Assembly: GCA_044225505.1 (NCBI GenBank)
Contig: JBGAIN010000016.1
Location: forward strand, 1-64,000
Direction of reading: 5' to 3'
Length of the DNA stretch: 64,000 nucleotides
Source: Limisphaerales bacterium
Lineage (GTDB): Bacteria; Verrucomicrobiota; Verrucomicrobiia; Limisphaerales; SIBE01
Below, piece after piece: positions 47,472 through 56,602 of this stretch. Every line of letters begins with the position of its first letter. Position 1 is the first letter of the stretch. The notes under the pieces are model-generated. The model was not told where the DNA came from, made no database searches, and saw nothing but the letters and a program-made list of their open reading frames with translations. The translations under genes were made by a program, and so were the position numbers.

Positions 47472-50118
47472 AGCAGTCGGCGGCGAGGCCAGCTCGATCT
47501 CGCGGCAAATCTGAGATTGCGGGTGATTTGGCGGGAGGGCTGACCCGGCGCACATGACCAGTCCCGCCGTCGACCTCGAGCCATTCTCCGTCTTGAACCC
47601 AATCCAAAAGGCCATCGATCGACACCACGGTGGGGATTCGCAACTCACGCGCTACAATGGCCGAGTGTGAGAGCAAACTTCCTCGCTCCACGAGCACCGC
47701 GGACGCGGCTGGGAAAAGCAGAATCCAGCCCGGATCGGTAGACCGTGCGATCAGAATCTCGCCCGCGGAAAGCCGCGCTTCGTGGGGGTCGCGCACCACG
47801 CGCGCGATCCCGCGCACCACGCCCGGGCAACAACCAATGCCTTGCCGGGAATCTCCGGAGGTTCCTGCTACCGGGGAACTCACGTTCAGCGAAGGCCGTC
47901 CTTGATACGGAGTGCCTCGCGTGGTGAGGCGGTTGGGGAGCACCGGTTCGCGGCGGAACTGTTCGTATTGCGAGCGTCGTAGGCGTGCCAGGGCGTCTAG
48001 ATCTGTCAGGGACGCCGTGCCATCGTAGAACCCAAGGATCTCGTCCAATTCCAAATAGAAGATGTCTCGGGGATCCTCCAGGTATCCTTCGGCGGTGAAC
48101 CGTCGTCCTAACTCGAGCATCACTTGGCGCACTCGTCCGAAAAGGCGTGTTCGTTCAAACCGCAAATTCTCTCGGTCCCGGACCCGAGCGCGGGCCTGTC
48201 GAAGCACCACATAGAATAGGGCGCGGCGGAGCGGGTGATGCCGTAGCTGTTGGGCGACCCGTGCTTCGGCTTTGGCCGCCGGACCTTGATCCAATGCGCC
48301 TCTCTCCGAGGGCGGAGGGTCAGGCAGCGCAGCCATCCGCGCCACCGATCGCAGGAGCGGTAAAGGATCCTCCTGCAAGGTGGGACTCTCCAGTTTCAAT
48401 TCGTCGAGACAGCGATCTCCAAAGTCGTTCAGATAAGCCTGAAAGGCCGCTGCAAAGTCCGGCGCGTGTTCGATTGCTTCCCGAATGCGGCCGAGCGGCT
48501 CTTCGCGCAGTTGGCGCAATAGCTCTGGGTGAGCTTGCGCCAGGCGAGCCAGGGCGCGGATTCTTCGGACAGGTTCGGCGCTAATGGTCGCCCCATGGCG
48601 GCAAAGCAATGATGGAACCAACCCGGCGTCGTCCGACGGGCACCACTTCTGCGCAAGGCTTCGCAGCACGCCGCAGAAAATCATGGTGAAAAAATCGTTC
48701 AGGAGAGGCGCATCCCAGCGGGTCAGGAGTTTCCTTTCCAAGTCTTGGAAGTAACCGATCAACTCGTCGCTTCTTTGGGCTTCGAGCGGGATGTGCGGCG
48801 GTTGCAGCGCTTCGCTCAAACGGGTGTGAAAGCGCTGGACCGTCGTGGGAAGGCGAACACAATGCCGGACGATCTTGGAACCCATCAACGCCAGGCGACC
48901 GAGATCACGAAGACGATCCTGCCACGTTGCGTGCTCGAGTTGACCGAGCACTTCAGCGGGTAAGGGCTCTTTCACTCCCATCATTTGTTCCATGAACCGC
49001 CGGTTGACAGTGAACCCCGGAAGCAAAGCGAGCACTCGGTACCAGTTGAGCAGATTGTAGTAAACGCGTCCGCGGATCAGGCCTAGCATCCGTGGGAATG
49101 TCGTTTGATGCGCTTGTATCTTGGCCGGCGAGACGGCTAGGAGTTGACAGAACTGCCTGTAGACACCCTCGTAGGCGCGTCGCGCAAAGGTGAACGTCAA
49201 GGGAGTGGTGACGCCGCTATAGCTCTCCGTGATATTGCTGTTGTCCCAGATTCCCAAATCGCTATCCGGGTCGACTCGGTCTTTTAGGGTCGTGATGGGC
49301 CGCGCCTGCAAAAGGTAGATCGTTCCCTGTTCGATGGCCCACTCGATGTCCTGGGCGCAGCCAAAATGCCTTTCCACGTTTCGAGCCAATTGTGCGAGGG
49401 CACACACCTGGGATTTCTCCAGCACCGGTTGGACACCCGCTGCAGAACCGGCGCTCTCTTCCGGCAGCCCAAGCTCCGCAGATGCATTGTGGCTTATGAT
49501 TTTTCCTTCCCGATCGATTTTCCAGGTCTCTCCGCTGCTTTCGCCCGAAGCTAATGCGGCCCCGAGACCCCGGACGGCAGAGATGACGCTGACACTGCGT
49601 CGGCCGGTGACAGGGTCAGCGCTAAAAGCAATCCCAGCAACGTCGGCTCGCACCATTCGCTGCACTACGATGGCAGGCAACTTCAGCATGGGCGCATCCG
49701 AGAATCGTTGCCGGTAGGCGGAGATGCGCGCGCTGTAGGAGGAGCGCCAAACGGCGGCCATTCTGTCGAGCACCATGTCAGCGGGGACACTCAGGAAACT
49801 GTCCAACTGACCCGCAAATGAATAGTCGCGACCATCTTCGTCAGAGGCTGAAGACCGGACGGCGACGGTCTCCTGGTTTGGGCAAAGCTGCTCGAGAGCG
49901 GCTTGGATCGCTCTCCGCAATTCGTCGCTTGGGCCCGAGTCGAGAAATTCCGTCCCATCCGAGTTGGCCGAAGTGCGGATGAGCCAGCAGGCGTCCGGCA
50001 AAACCACGAACCACGGCGGGATGGACCAGCCTGCCTGGCCTAGTGAGAGAAGGGATGCGGCTTTCCGACCTATCTCCGATTGAGCACGCGAGGTTTCGGG
50101 CCAAACAATGAGGTTCAT
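47461..50118 (-). CDS. PEP-utilising enzyme, PigC/rifampin-phosphotransferase-like, long copy
   Basis: AVRSSASDEDG..SFAGQL, QDIEWA..LLQARPIT, WDNSNITESYSGVTTPLT, TDPGW, GSLLSHSAIVARE; start MNLIVW at 50118. Confidence 0.9.
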   Translation of the reverse strand: MNLIVWPETSRAQSEIGRKAASLLSLGQAGWSIPPWFVVLPDACWLIRTSANSDGTEFLDSGPSDELRRAIQAALEQLCPNQETVAVRSSASDEDGRDYSFAGQLDSFLSVPADMVLDRMAAVWRSSYSARISAYRQRFSDAPMLKLPAIVVQRMVRADVAGIAFSADPVTGRRSVSVISAVRGLGAALASGESSGETWKIDREGKIISHNASAELGLPEESAGSAAGVQPVLEKSQVCALAQLARNVERHFGCAQDIEWAIEQGTIYLLQARPITTLKDRVDPDSDLGIWDNSNITESYSGVTTPLTFTFARRAYEGVYRQFCQLLAVSPAKIQAHQTTFPRMLGLIRGRVYYNLLNWYRVLALLPGFTVNRRFMEQMMGVKEPLPAEVLGQLEHATWQDRLRDLGRLALMGSKIVRHCVRLPTTVQRFHTRLSEALQPPHIPLEAQRSDELIGYFQDLERKLLTRWDAPLLNDFFTMIFCGVLRSLAQKWCPSDDAGLVPSLLCRHGATISAEPVRRIRALARLAQAHPELLRQLREEPLGRIREAIEHAPDFAAAFQAYLNDFGDRCLDELKLESPTLQEDPLPLLRSVARMAALPDPPPSERGALDQGPAAKAEARVAQQLRHHPLRRALFYVVLRQARARVRDRENLRFERTRLFGRVRQVMLELGRRFTAEGYLEDPRDIFYLELDEILGFYDGTASLTDLDALARLRRSQYEQFRREPVLPNRLTTRGTPYQGRPSLNVSSPVAGTSGDSRQGIGCCPGVVRGIARVVRDPHEARLSAGEILIARSTDPGWILLFPAASAVLVERGSLLSHSAIVARELRIPTVVSIDGLLDWVQDGEWLEVDGGTGHVRRVSPPAKSPAISDLPRDRAGLAADCYAH

Positions 50119-51065
50119 GGGGAACTTTGAATAAGACGTCGGAGGAGTGGCCCGACTCCCAGACTGAGATACATGATCAAAGTGCCAAGGCCTGAACAAC
50201 GGTCAATCCACTGCGCGACTGACGGGGTAGGATGTCGCCTGAAGCGGAGTGCGAGCCCGCCCGCCAGCAGCAATACCCCGCCGAAGAGCAATGCCAACCA
50301 AAGGCCGCACCCGACCCGCCCTGCGGCCATAACCGCACAGACGGCAGTGAAAAGCAGCGCGCTCCACCAGGCGGTGGCGGCCCGCGCCGAGCCCCAAAGC
50401 GCACTGTAAGTGCGGACGCCTGGTTCCTCACTTTGCGGTGCGCGAATCTTTCTCCCAAGTTCCAAGGCAATCCCATTACAGAAGCTAGTGGCCAGAAACC
50501 AAAACAGACCCGAGGGAGGTTGGGTGCTCCAGCGCGTCCAGTCGCAGGCTGTGGCGAAGAAGTCGGCCAGTGGGATAACCAGCATGTGCGTCCAAAGATA
50601 GGTCAACGGCCGGCGGAGGATCCATTCGCGGACAAAAAACTCTTTGGTCATGAGCGCGAGGTAGCTCCAAACCAGAACTAACAAAAGCGCCAGGCGCCAC
50701 GATAGAGTTGCCGCGGCTGCCAGCTGCACGAGCGCTCCAAGGCCGGCGATGGTGGCCAATTCCCGCAACGTCACTAAACCCCGGGGCACCGGACGGTAGG
50801 GGCGCCAGCGAGCATCCTCATCACGATCTTTGAACTCATCAGCGACTCGCAGTTGAAAAAAGCAAATAAAACAGCCGACGAATGCAATCAGGAGCGACGC
50901 AGGCAAGGGCCAACTTCCGTCTGCACGCAGCGCGCAGGCGTAGCTGACCGCGGATCCGCTAAATGCCGCAATGAGCAGTCCATGGCCGGCAAGCGGGAAC
51001 CGTTCCGCCTGGTAAGCCCAAAGGCGTGTCGCGAGGTTTCCGTCGGATTCACGGGGCACGCTCAT
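50115..51065 (-). CDS. UbiA family prenyltransferase-like membrane protein
   Basis: ERFP, LRVADEFKDRDED..RPYRPVPRG (Asp-rich motif), EFFV, ELGRK..EEPGVRTYS; about 8 TM; start 51065 or 51116. Confidence 0.82.
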   Translation of the reverse strand: MSVPRESDGNLATRLWAYQAERFPLAGHGLLIAAFSGSAVSYACALRADGSWPLPASLLIAFVGCFICFFQLRVADEFKDRDEDARWRPYRPVPRGLVTLRELATIAGLGALVQLAAAATLSWRLALLLVLVWSYLALMTKEFFVREWILRRPLTYLWTHMLVIPLADFFATACDWTRWSTQPPSGLFWFLATSFCNGIALELGRKIRAPQSEEPGVRTYSALWGSARAATAWWSALLFTAVCAVMAAGRVGCGLWLALLFGGVLLLAGGLALRFRRHPTPSVAQWIDRCSGLGTLIMYLSLGVGPLLRRLIQSSP

Positions 51066-51316
51066 CGTTCCGCCAGGTAGCAGCGGCACATGGGCAAGTG
51101 GAGGTCTCACGGGCATCTCTTCGAGTTACAACATGCAAACAGGAACGGAGCATTCGGACATCAGGAGCATAGGCGAATGGGGAACGGCCTGTGAAATAAA
51201 AAATTGAAGCGTCGCCATTGACCCAATCGATGCTCGGCGACCGTGACTCTGCACGCTACGGACGCGGGAGACATTTTTCCGAGAGAGGAAACGCTGCCCC
51301 TGGGATTCGTGACGTC

Positions 51317-52717
51317 TTAAGCGCGTCTTGTCAGGCAGATGGGAAGGCCGCTGCGCGTTCGTAAGGTTATCCCGGGCCAAGGGGTTACCTCCGTGCCGGG
51401 GGGCAGTTCCAGCCGGAATTCCCGCACGACCCGAGCCGTAACGAGCTGCGCTTCTAACATGGCAAACTCGCTGCCGATACAATAGCGCGGTCCGGTGCCG
51501 AACGGTAGATAGGCCGACGGCGGTTCCGAGGCAAACCGTTCCGGAACAAACTCGTCGGGCTTTTCCCAAAAGCGTGGGTCACGATGCAACGTAAACGGGC
51601 AGACCACCACAGGCGATCCGGCGGGAATGGCAAACCCGGCTAGCGCATCCCTTGCGATGGCGCGTCGTTCAATGATCCAGATGGGCGGAAACAGGCGCAT
51701 CGCTTCCCGAAGCACTTGCTGCACTTCAGCGAGCGACGCGAGGTCAGCTAACGCCGGTTCCCGGTCGCCAAGAACCTGCCGAACCGTCTTGTGCAGTCGG
51801 TCTTGAATCTCCGGGTGCCTGGCCAGGAGATAGAAGGTCCATGTGAGAGCATTGCTCGTGGTCTCGTGTCCGGCCAGGAGAAACGTGATGGTTTGGTCAC
51901 GAATGGCTTGGTCGGCGATAGGACCGCCGCCGGATTCATCCTGAGCCGTCAGGAGCATCCCGAGCAAATCAGTCCCGCCGTCGGTCTGCGGCGGTCGCGC
52001 TCGGCGTTGTTCGATAAGGCGGTAGACAACCGCGTCCAGATCCCGGAGGGCGCCCTGGAAACGTCGATTCTGACGAGTCGGAACCCAGTCCGGCCAATTG
52101 AACAGGCTTTGCAGGCGACCAAACGTATGTGGGAGGATGACTTGCATGGCCGCCTCGATCGTGCGGGCGTCGCCGTCCGAGCCCGCATCAAAAAACGCCT
52201 GCGCGGCAATCGCGTAAGTCAATTGCATCATTTCGGCTGCGAAGTCGAGTGGCTGGCCGAGGTCCGCCGCCTTGCCCCAGACGCGTGCGAAACCCCGAGT
52301 GGTATCCACCATCAGGGTAGCAAATCGTTGAACGCTGTTGTGGTGAAAGAACGGTTGCAGGCGCCGTCGCTGGCACTGCCAGCTCGCGCCATTGCTGGTC
52401 AAAAGACTCTCGCCGCAAACCGCTCGAATGTAGCGAGCGCTACGGGTGGCTTTGTCATAATTCGCGGCGCGTCGTCGCAAGACCTCCTCGACCAGATCGG
52501 GATGATTCACCATATGGACCACCTGCGGCCCGAGGCGAAAGCGAATCACATCTCCGTACTTGCGGGAGGAATCCAGCAGCAGTTGCAGAACGTCGCGTCG
52601 AAACTCGCGCAAATGCCCGAGGGCCCAGTGAGCGGGGGGGCCTGGAGCCCGGTGCGATGGAGTGGGTGCCCGCACGGTTAAGAAGGGTATTTCCAGGTAT
52701 CGAATGATCGTGCCCAC
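51317..52717 (-). CDS. Cytochrome P450
   Basis: AGHETT, EAMR (ExxR), FVPERF, FGTGPRYCIG heme ligand; real start may be the GTG at 52675. Confidence 0.95.
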   Translation of the reverse strand: MGTIIRYLEIPFLTVRAPTPSHRAPGPPAHWALGHLREFRRDVLQLLLDSSRKYGDVIRFRLGPQVVHMVNHPDLVEEVLRRRAANYDKATRSARYIRAVCGESLLTSNGASWQCQRRRLQPFFHHNSVQRFATLMVDTTRGFARVWGKAADLGQPLDFAAEMMQLTYAIAAQAFFDAGSDGDARTIEAAMQVILPHTFGRLQSLFNWPDWVPTRQNRRFQGALRDLDAVVYRLIEQRRARPPQTDGGTDLLGMLLTAQDESGGGPIADQAIRDQTITFLLAGHETTSNALTWTFYLLARHPEIQDRLHKTVRQVLGDREPALADLASLAEVQQVLREAMRLFPPIWIIERRAIARDALAGFAIPAGSPVVVCPFTLHRDPRFWEKPDEFVPERFASEPPSAYLPFGTGPRYCIGSEFAMLEAQLVTARVVREFRLELPPGTEVTPWPGITLRTRSGLPICLTRRA

Positions 52718-53817
52718 TCTCGAGCAATCCGCTGACGCAATGCGGAGGGCAGGGGAGTGAACTCATTCTTTTGATATCCAGCAAGCGACTCGACGTAGCG
52801 TCGCAGTTTGGGCTCAAAAGTGTCAAAGCCAGACAGGTTCAACTGTTCATAGATGGCCCGAACCTGCCCGATCGGGTCTCGCTCCAATGCCTCGAACGGG
52901 ATGTCGCAGAACCGATCGTTGGGCACTAAACCGCGGTCGCGGAAAAAGGCGTCGTGGAGCAGGTTGTAGCGCTGGAAAATGCCGTCGTCCTGGCGCTCCA
53001 GATCCGGTCGTTGCAGATAGGTATACCACATCGCGGTGTCAAAGTAGTGCTGGGTGGACCGGAAGACCCGGTAAGGATCGCGATGGACATGGACAAACCG
53101 GGCCTTGGGAAACAGTTCCAGCAGAATCCGGATTCTCGCGGTGTGGGTGGGCGATTTAAGCAGCAGAGTCCGGTTCGATTTCAGCGTCAGTTTCTTTAGG
53201 AAATAGACAAACGCTTGTTGCCATTGCTCTCGCTCGTCCGCGGATGCCCGATCAAAGGTTAAATACTTTAAGTAATGCTCTTCGCGCCGCGGAAAGCTGA
53301 TTCCCAGATAGGGGGAGAGCAAGCTCGTCAGGCAGGGACCAAATTCGTCTTCCTGGGGAGTATCGAAACTGAGCGCCATATTATCCATCGGCCTATGCGG
53401 TGGCACCAGCCGGGCAAAGCGCCGTTTGTTAACCTCCTCCGTGCAGAGGAAAGTTAGAGGGTTCACCACCTGATAGGTATTGGCAAACGTGAACTGGTCC
53501 GTGTCCTGCGCCAGCAGGTAGTGCAGCAAGGTCGTGCCGCTGCGCCAGTGCCCGAGAATGAACAACGGCGCTTCGGCGAGTTGAACCTTGGCAATGGCCG
53601 GTCCGAACTGGCGTTCTTCTTGCGCCCTGTACCACGCGTTCAGGCCGCTCGTGAGTGTGATAAAGGCGGCTCGGTGCAGATAGGCCGGATCGATCCCGTA
53701 GTGATTGTCAGACAGCAGCTTTCTCCATGCGCCAGGGGTAATCCCGGCGAGATAGTTGTGCATGACGCTCCACCGGTGTTTTAGAACGGGCCGAGAGGAT
53801 CGGGACAGCGGCGGCAT
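52678..53817 (-). CDS. PAPS-dependent sulfotransferase (Sulfotransfer_3, Stf3-like)
   Basis: PLFILGHWRSGTTLLHYLL, RPMDNM..PQEDEF, LKSPTHTARI, FVHVHRDP, YQKN. Confidence 0.9.
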   Translation of the reverse strand: MPPLSRSSRPVLKHRWSVMHNYLAGITPGAWRKLLSDNHYGIDPAYLHRAAFITLTSGLNAWYRAQEERQFGPAIAKVQLAEAPLFILGHWRSGTTLLHYLLAQDTDQFTFANTYQVVNPLTFLCTEEVNKRRFARLVPPHRPMDNMALSFDTPQEDEFGPCLTSLLSPYLGISFPRREEHYLKYLTFDRASADEREQWQQAFVYFLKKLTLKSNRTLLLKSPTHTARIRILLELFPKARFVHVHRDPYRVFRSTQHYFDTAMWYTYLQRPDLERQDDGIFQRYNLLHDAFFRDRGLVPNDRFCDIPFEALERDPIGQVRAIYEQLNLSGFDTFEPKLRRYVESLAGYQKNEFTPLPSALRQRIAREWARSFDTWKYPS

Positions 53818-54182
53818 GGCAACGTCTTTGACTCGAGAACCGCTCCGTGCCGGCTACGTGACGCGGCCCTGGCGTGTTCTATTTCCAGAGGTTAGCGAAG
53901 GCATTCACGTTGCAAAAGCGCAATCCGGAACGCTTGAGAGCAGTTTGCCTCGGCGACGTGAGCGCAACAGATTGGGTCTCAACACCCCTTTGGAGACAAA
54001 TGTCACCAGAGGCTGATGAATTTTGGGGCCGGGCCGTTCCCAGCGCACAGTTGGGCGAAAAAATGCGGTATCTTCCAGTCCTCCAAGGATTAGCACGGAA
54101 TCCAGGAGCAATTTGCTCTTGGCCTGTGCGACATATCGCTCGGCTCGTCGTTCGCATGGCATTTCAGCTGCCAGGTCAGCCG

Positions 54183-56057
54183 TCAGCGCTTGGAGATGGA
54201 GGGCAAGTACGTCCCGAGCGGTTCGCGCTGCCACCAATCGCTCTTTTGGCCCTTTTCCGGTCGCCTAAAGTGATACTCATACACCACCGCGCGCACGTGC
54301 TTAGGGGGCGCGGTCGGAAATGGATTCTTCTCGAGTAAAGCCAAAACGTCAGGGGAACCCGTGAGTAACCGGGAACAGAATTGGACAAACCAGGGGTTCT
54401 GCTGCGGCGTTCCGAGCGCAGCGAACCACATTTGCCAATCAAGACGAGGTTGATGCGGGGCAACGAACCGAGGGCGCCGGTCGACCGCACCTGGCTTGTA
54501 CTTAAATGTGTAGGCGAGCCAGTGCTGCCCATCGTTACTGCCCTCAACGACGATTTCCGGTCGGGATGTGGTCATGACCGCGAACAGCCCGTATCGATTA
54601 AAGGTGCGGAAGGGAGTCAGCCATTCTGACAACGCGGACGCCGGCCCAAGCCACACTGGTTGCCATCGAAAAAGTGCGAGCAATGGCGGCGTCGTGGCGC
54701 TCAGGACCAGAAGCCCTACCAAGCCAAAAGCCCAAGACTGCCAGCGTGGGCCGGGCGCAGGCTCCCTGGCCGCTTCCGCTTGCCCGCGCCCCGGGAACCA
54801 CCGTCGAATGGCCGCATCATCAAGCAAAGCCAAACAAAGCACCAACGTTAAGTAGTTAAAGAAACCGTAGTTGCCCGTCAGTAGAATCCAGAGTTGAAGA
54901 AGCGCGATGCCAAAACCGGCAGCGATACGCAACCGTCGGGGACTAAAGATAAAGAAGGGCAGGGCAAGTTCGATCCCGAACATCACGACGACGCAGAATT
55001 TGTGGAAGATGCTGGGCAGTTGGTGCGCGTACCACGCGATCCACGTGGGCAACGGCTGCGTTTCGTAATGAAAGTCGAGCGCCGTCAAGTGTTGCCAGCT
55101 CAGGTCGCCACTGAGCAGTTTCACGCAGCCCGATTCAAACATCAGACGAAAGAGCAGCCAACGCAGCAGCCATAAGACAACGCGCGGCACGGGCAAGTCG
55201 GAGCGACCCCGCGCCCGCAGCCGGAAGGGGGCCAGGAAAATGCAAAGAAACCCCGTCTCGAGCAAGAGCGCGTCCCACTGGAAACTCAGGAAGTCCCGTC
55301 CCACGACGCACAGTGAAAGATACAAGATCCAGAGCGCAAGGGCAGACAGGGCAGGGGCCACGCCCGTCAGGAGGAGCAACGACGCTGTCACGCCCGCGGC
55401 GCAAAGCGTATGCAGAAACGCGTTGCCAGCGGAGATCCAGCAGAGCGTGGGCATGGCATGCCATCGGGTTCCAGTAGCGCTGGGACTCTCGAAATAGCGA
55501 CCGGCCGCTGTCATGTATTCGTCGGCCGGCAAAATCCCCTCGTGACCGATCAGCCCGTCCACTTGGACCCACAACGACACAAAAGCCAGCAGGTAGATCA
55601 GACTGACCGAACGCAGGAACAGCCAGCGCACTCTCTGATAGCGCGGCAGTTCGGGGTTTGAACCCCACAACACTCGCGTCAGCAACGAAAATGTCGTGCG
55701 GTTCTGGGCGACCTGTCCGTAGGCCCATTCGCTGGCACCGGCGAACAGAGGCGATGCACCGTACGCCAATAGCGGCCAGCGCCAACGCGGATTTGACGCG
55801 AGCGATCGGAAGACCGCCGCCGCTCCGGTCGAGACCTGCCCACTCGGCTCTACCAGATGGACCGACTCTCCTAGCTGTGAAGGGTTCAGCTCGGGAAACC
55901 GTCCCGCGACGGTCGGCTCTTGAAACGGCAAATAGTCGATACGGTCACCCGTAATCGTCTGCCAGCGCCGGATCCAAAAGCGACAGAAGTTGCAATCTCC
56001 ATCAAACAGGAGCAGCGGCTTCGTCGGTGGCGACGCAACGGTTGCGGGAGCGGTCAC
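54183..56057 (-). CDS. Lipase maturation factor (LMF) family protein with N-terminal DCC1-like (DUF393) thiol-disulfide domain
   Basis: LLFDGDCNFC; GHEGILPA, FLSFQWDALLLETGF, HYETQPLP, LTGNYGFFNYL, YGLFAVMT, PHQPRLDWQMWFAAL. Confidence 0.9.
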   Translation of the reverse strand: MTAPATVASPPTKPLLLFDGDCNFCRFWIRRWQTITGDRIDYLPFQEPTVAGRFPELNPSQLGESVHLVEPSGQVSTGAAAVFRSLASNPRWRWPLLAYGASPLFAGASEWAYGQVAQNRTTFSLLTRVLWGSNPELPRYQRVRWLFLRSVSLIYLLAFVSLWVQVDGLIGHEGILPADEYMTAAGRYFESPSATGTRWHAMPTLCWISAGNAFLHTLCAAGVTASLLLLTGVAPALSALALWILYLSLCVVGRDFLSFQWDALLLETGFLCIFLAPFRLRARGRSDLPVPRVVLWLLRWLLFRLMFESGCVKLLSGDLSWQHLTALDFHYETQPLPTWIAWYAHQLPSIFHKFCVVVMFGIELALPFFIFSPRRLRIAAGFGIALLQLWILLTGNYGFFNYLTLVLCLALLDDAAIRRWFPGRGQAEAAREPAPGPRWQSWAFGLVGLLVLSATTPPLLALFRWQPVWLGPASALSEWLTPFRTFNRYGLFAVMTTSRPEIVVEGSNDGQHWLAYTFKYKPGAVDRRPRFVAPHQPRLDWQMWFAALGTPQQNPWFVQFCSRLLTGSPDVLALLEKNPFPTAPPKHVRAVVYEYHFRRPEKGQKSDWWQREPLGTYLPSISKR

Positions 56058-56184
56058 CCCACAGGCTTAGCGGATTTCATGCTGGATGCCAATGCGCCAG
56101 CGCGGGATCGCTCCAGTCTAGTGGCCTAGCTTAGCGAAGGGGGACGCCGATTCAGCCTGCGACACCTTCGCCAGGCGCGTTTTT

Positions 56185-56472
56185 CTAAGGTGCCAGGCGC
56201 GAGGGCGGCGCCGAGGGAAGGGCGTTGGTGTTCGTTGTCATACCAGCACCGACTCCGGAGCCTGGCGCGGGCACAGTCCCATATTTGCCTCCGCCCCGGC
56301 CGCTGCCGTCGTATCCCGGCCCGGCGCCGCCCGCGCCTTGCATACTGCCGCCGCGAGGCCGCTTGTCCGTGGCGGTCTCGGCTGCGCGTTGATGATCATC
56401 GTTGTCCGGGGTCCCGCGGCCACAACCGACGAGGAGGCCCCAGCAAATCAAACTGAGGAATTGGTTTCGCAT
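56185..56472 (-). CDS. Small Gly-rich putative lipoprotein
   Basis: MRNQFLSLICWGLLVGC lipobox, followed by a low-complexity tail. Confidence 0.5.
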   Translation of the reverse strand: MRNQFLSLICWGLLVGCGRGTPDNDDHQRAAETATDKRPRGGSMQGAGGAGPGYDGSGRGGGKYGTVPAPGSGVGAGMTTNTNALPSAPPSRLAP

Positions 56473-56602
56473 ATGAATAACGCCAGCCTTGGATCTTGCG
56501 TTCGCGAAGAGAATATCCCTCTTGCTCAGGAGTGCAGCAATCCCCCCGGGACCCTGAATCTCGAGTCGGCTCCGGCACGTTCCCGAACGGAGCCGTCGAC
56601 CT

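Noticed and set aside
42857..50118. Central-metabolism PEP synthase (ppsA) or PPDK
   Set aside because: Both proteins end in the His-swivel domain and lack the pyruvate-binding barrel; the context is biosynthetic.
36764..53817. Prodigiosin or tambjamine cluster
   Set aside because: No prolyl-carrier protein, prolyl dehydrogenase, KS or PigH-like genes for the bipyrrole are present.
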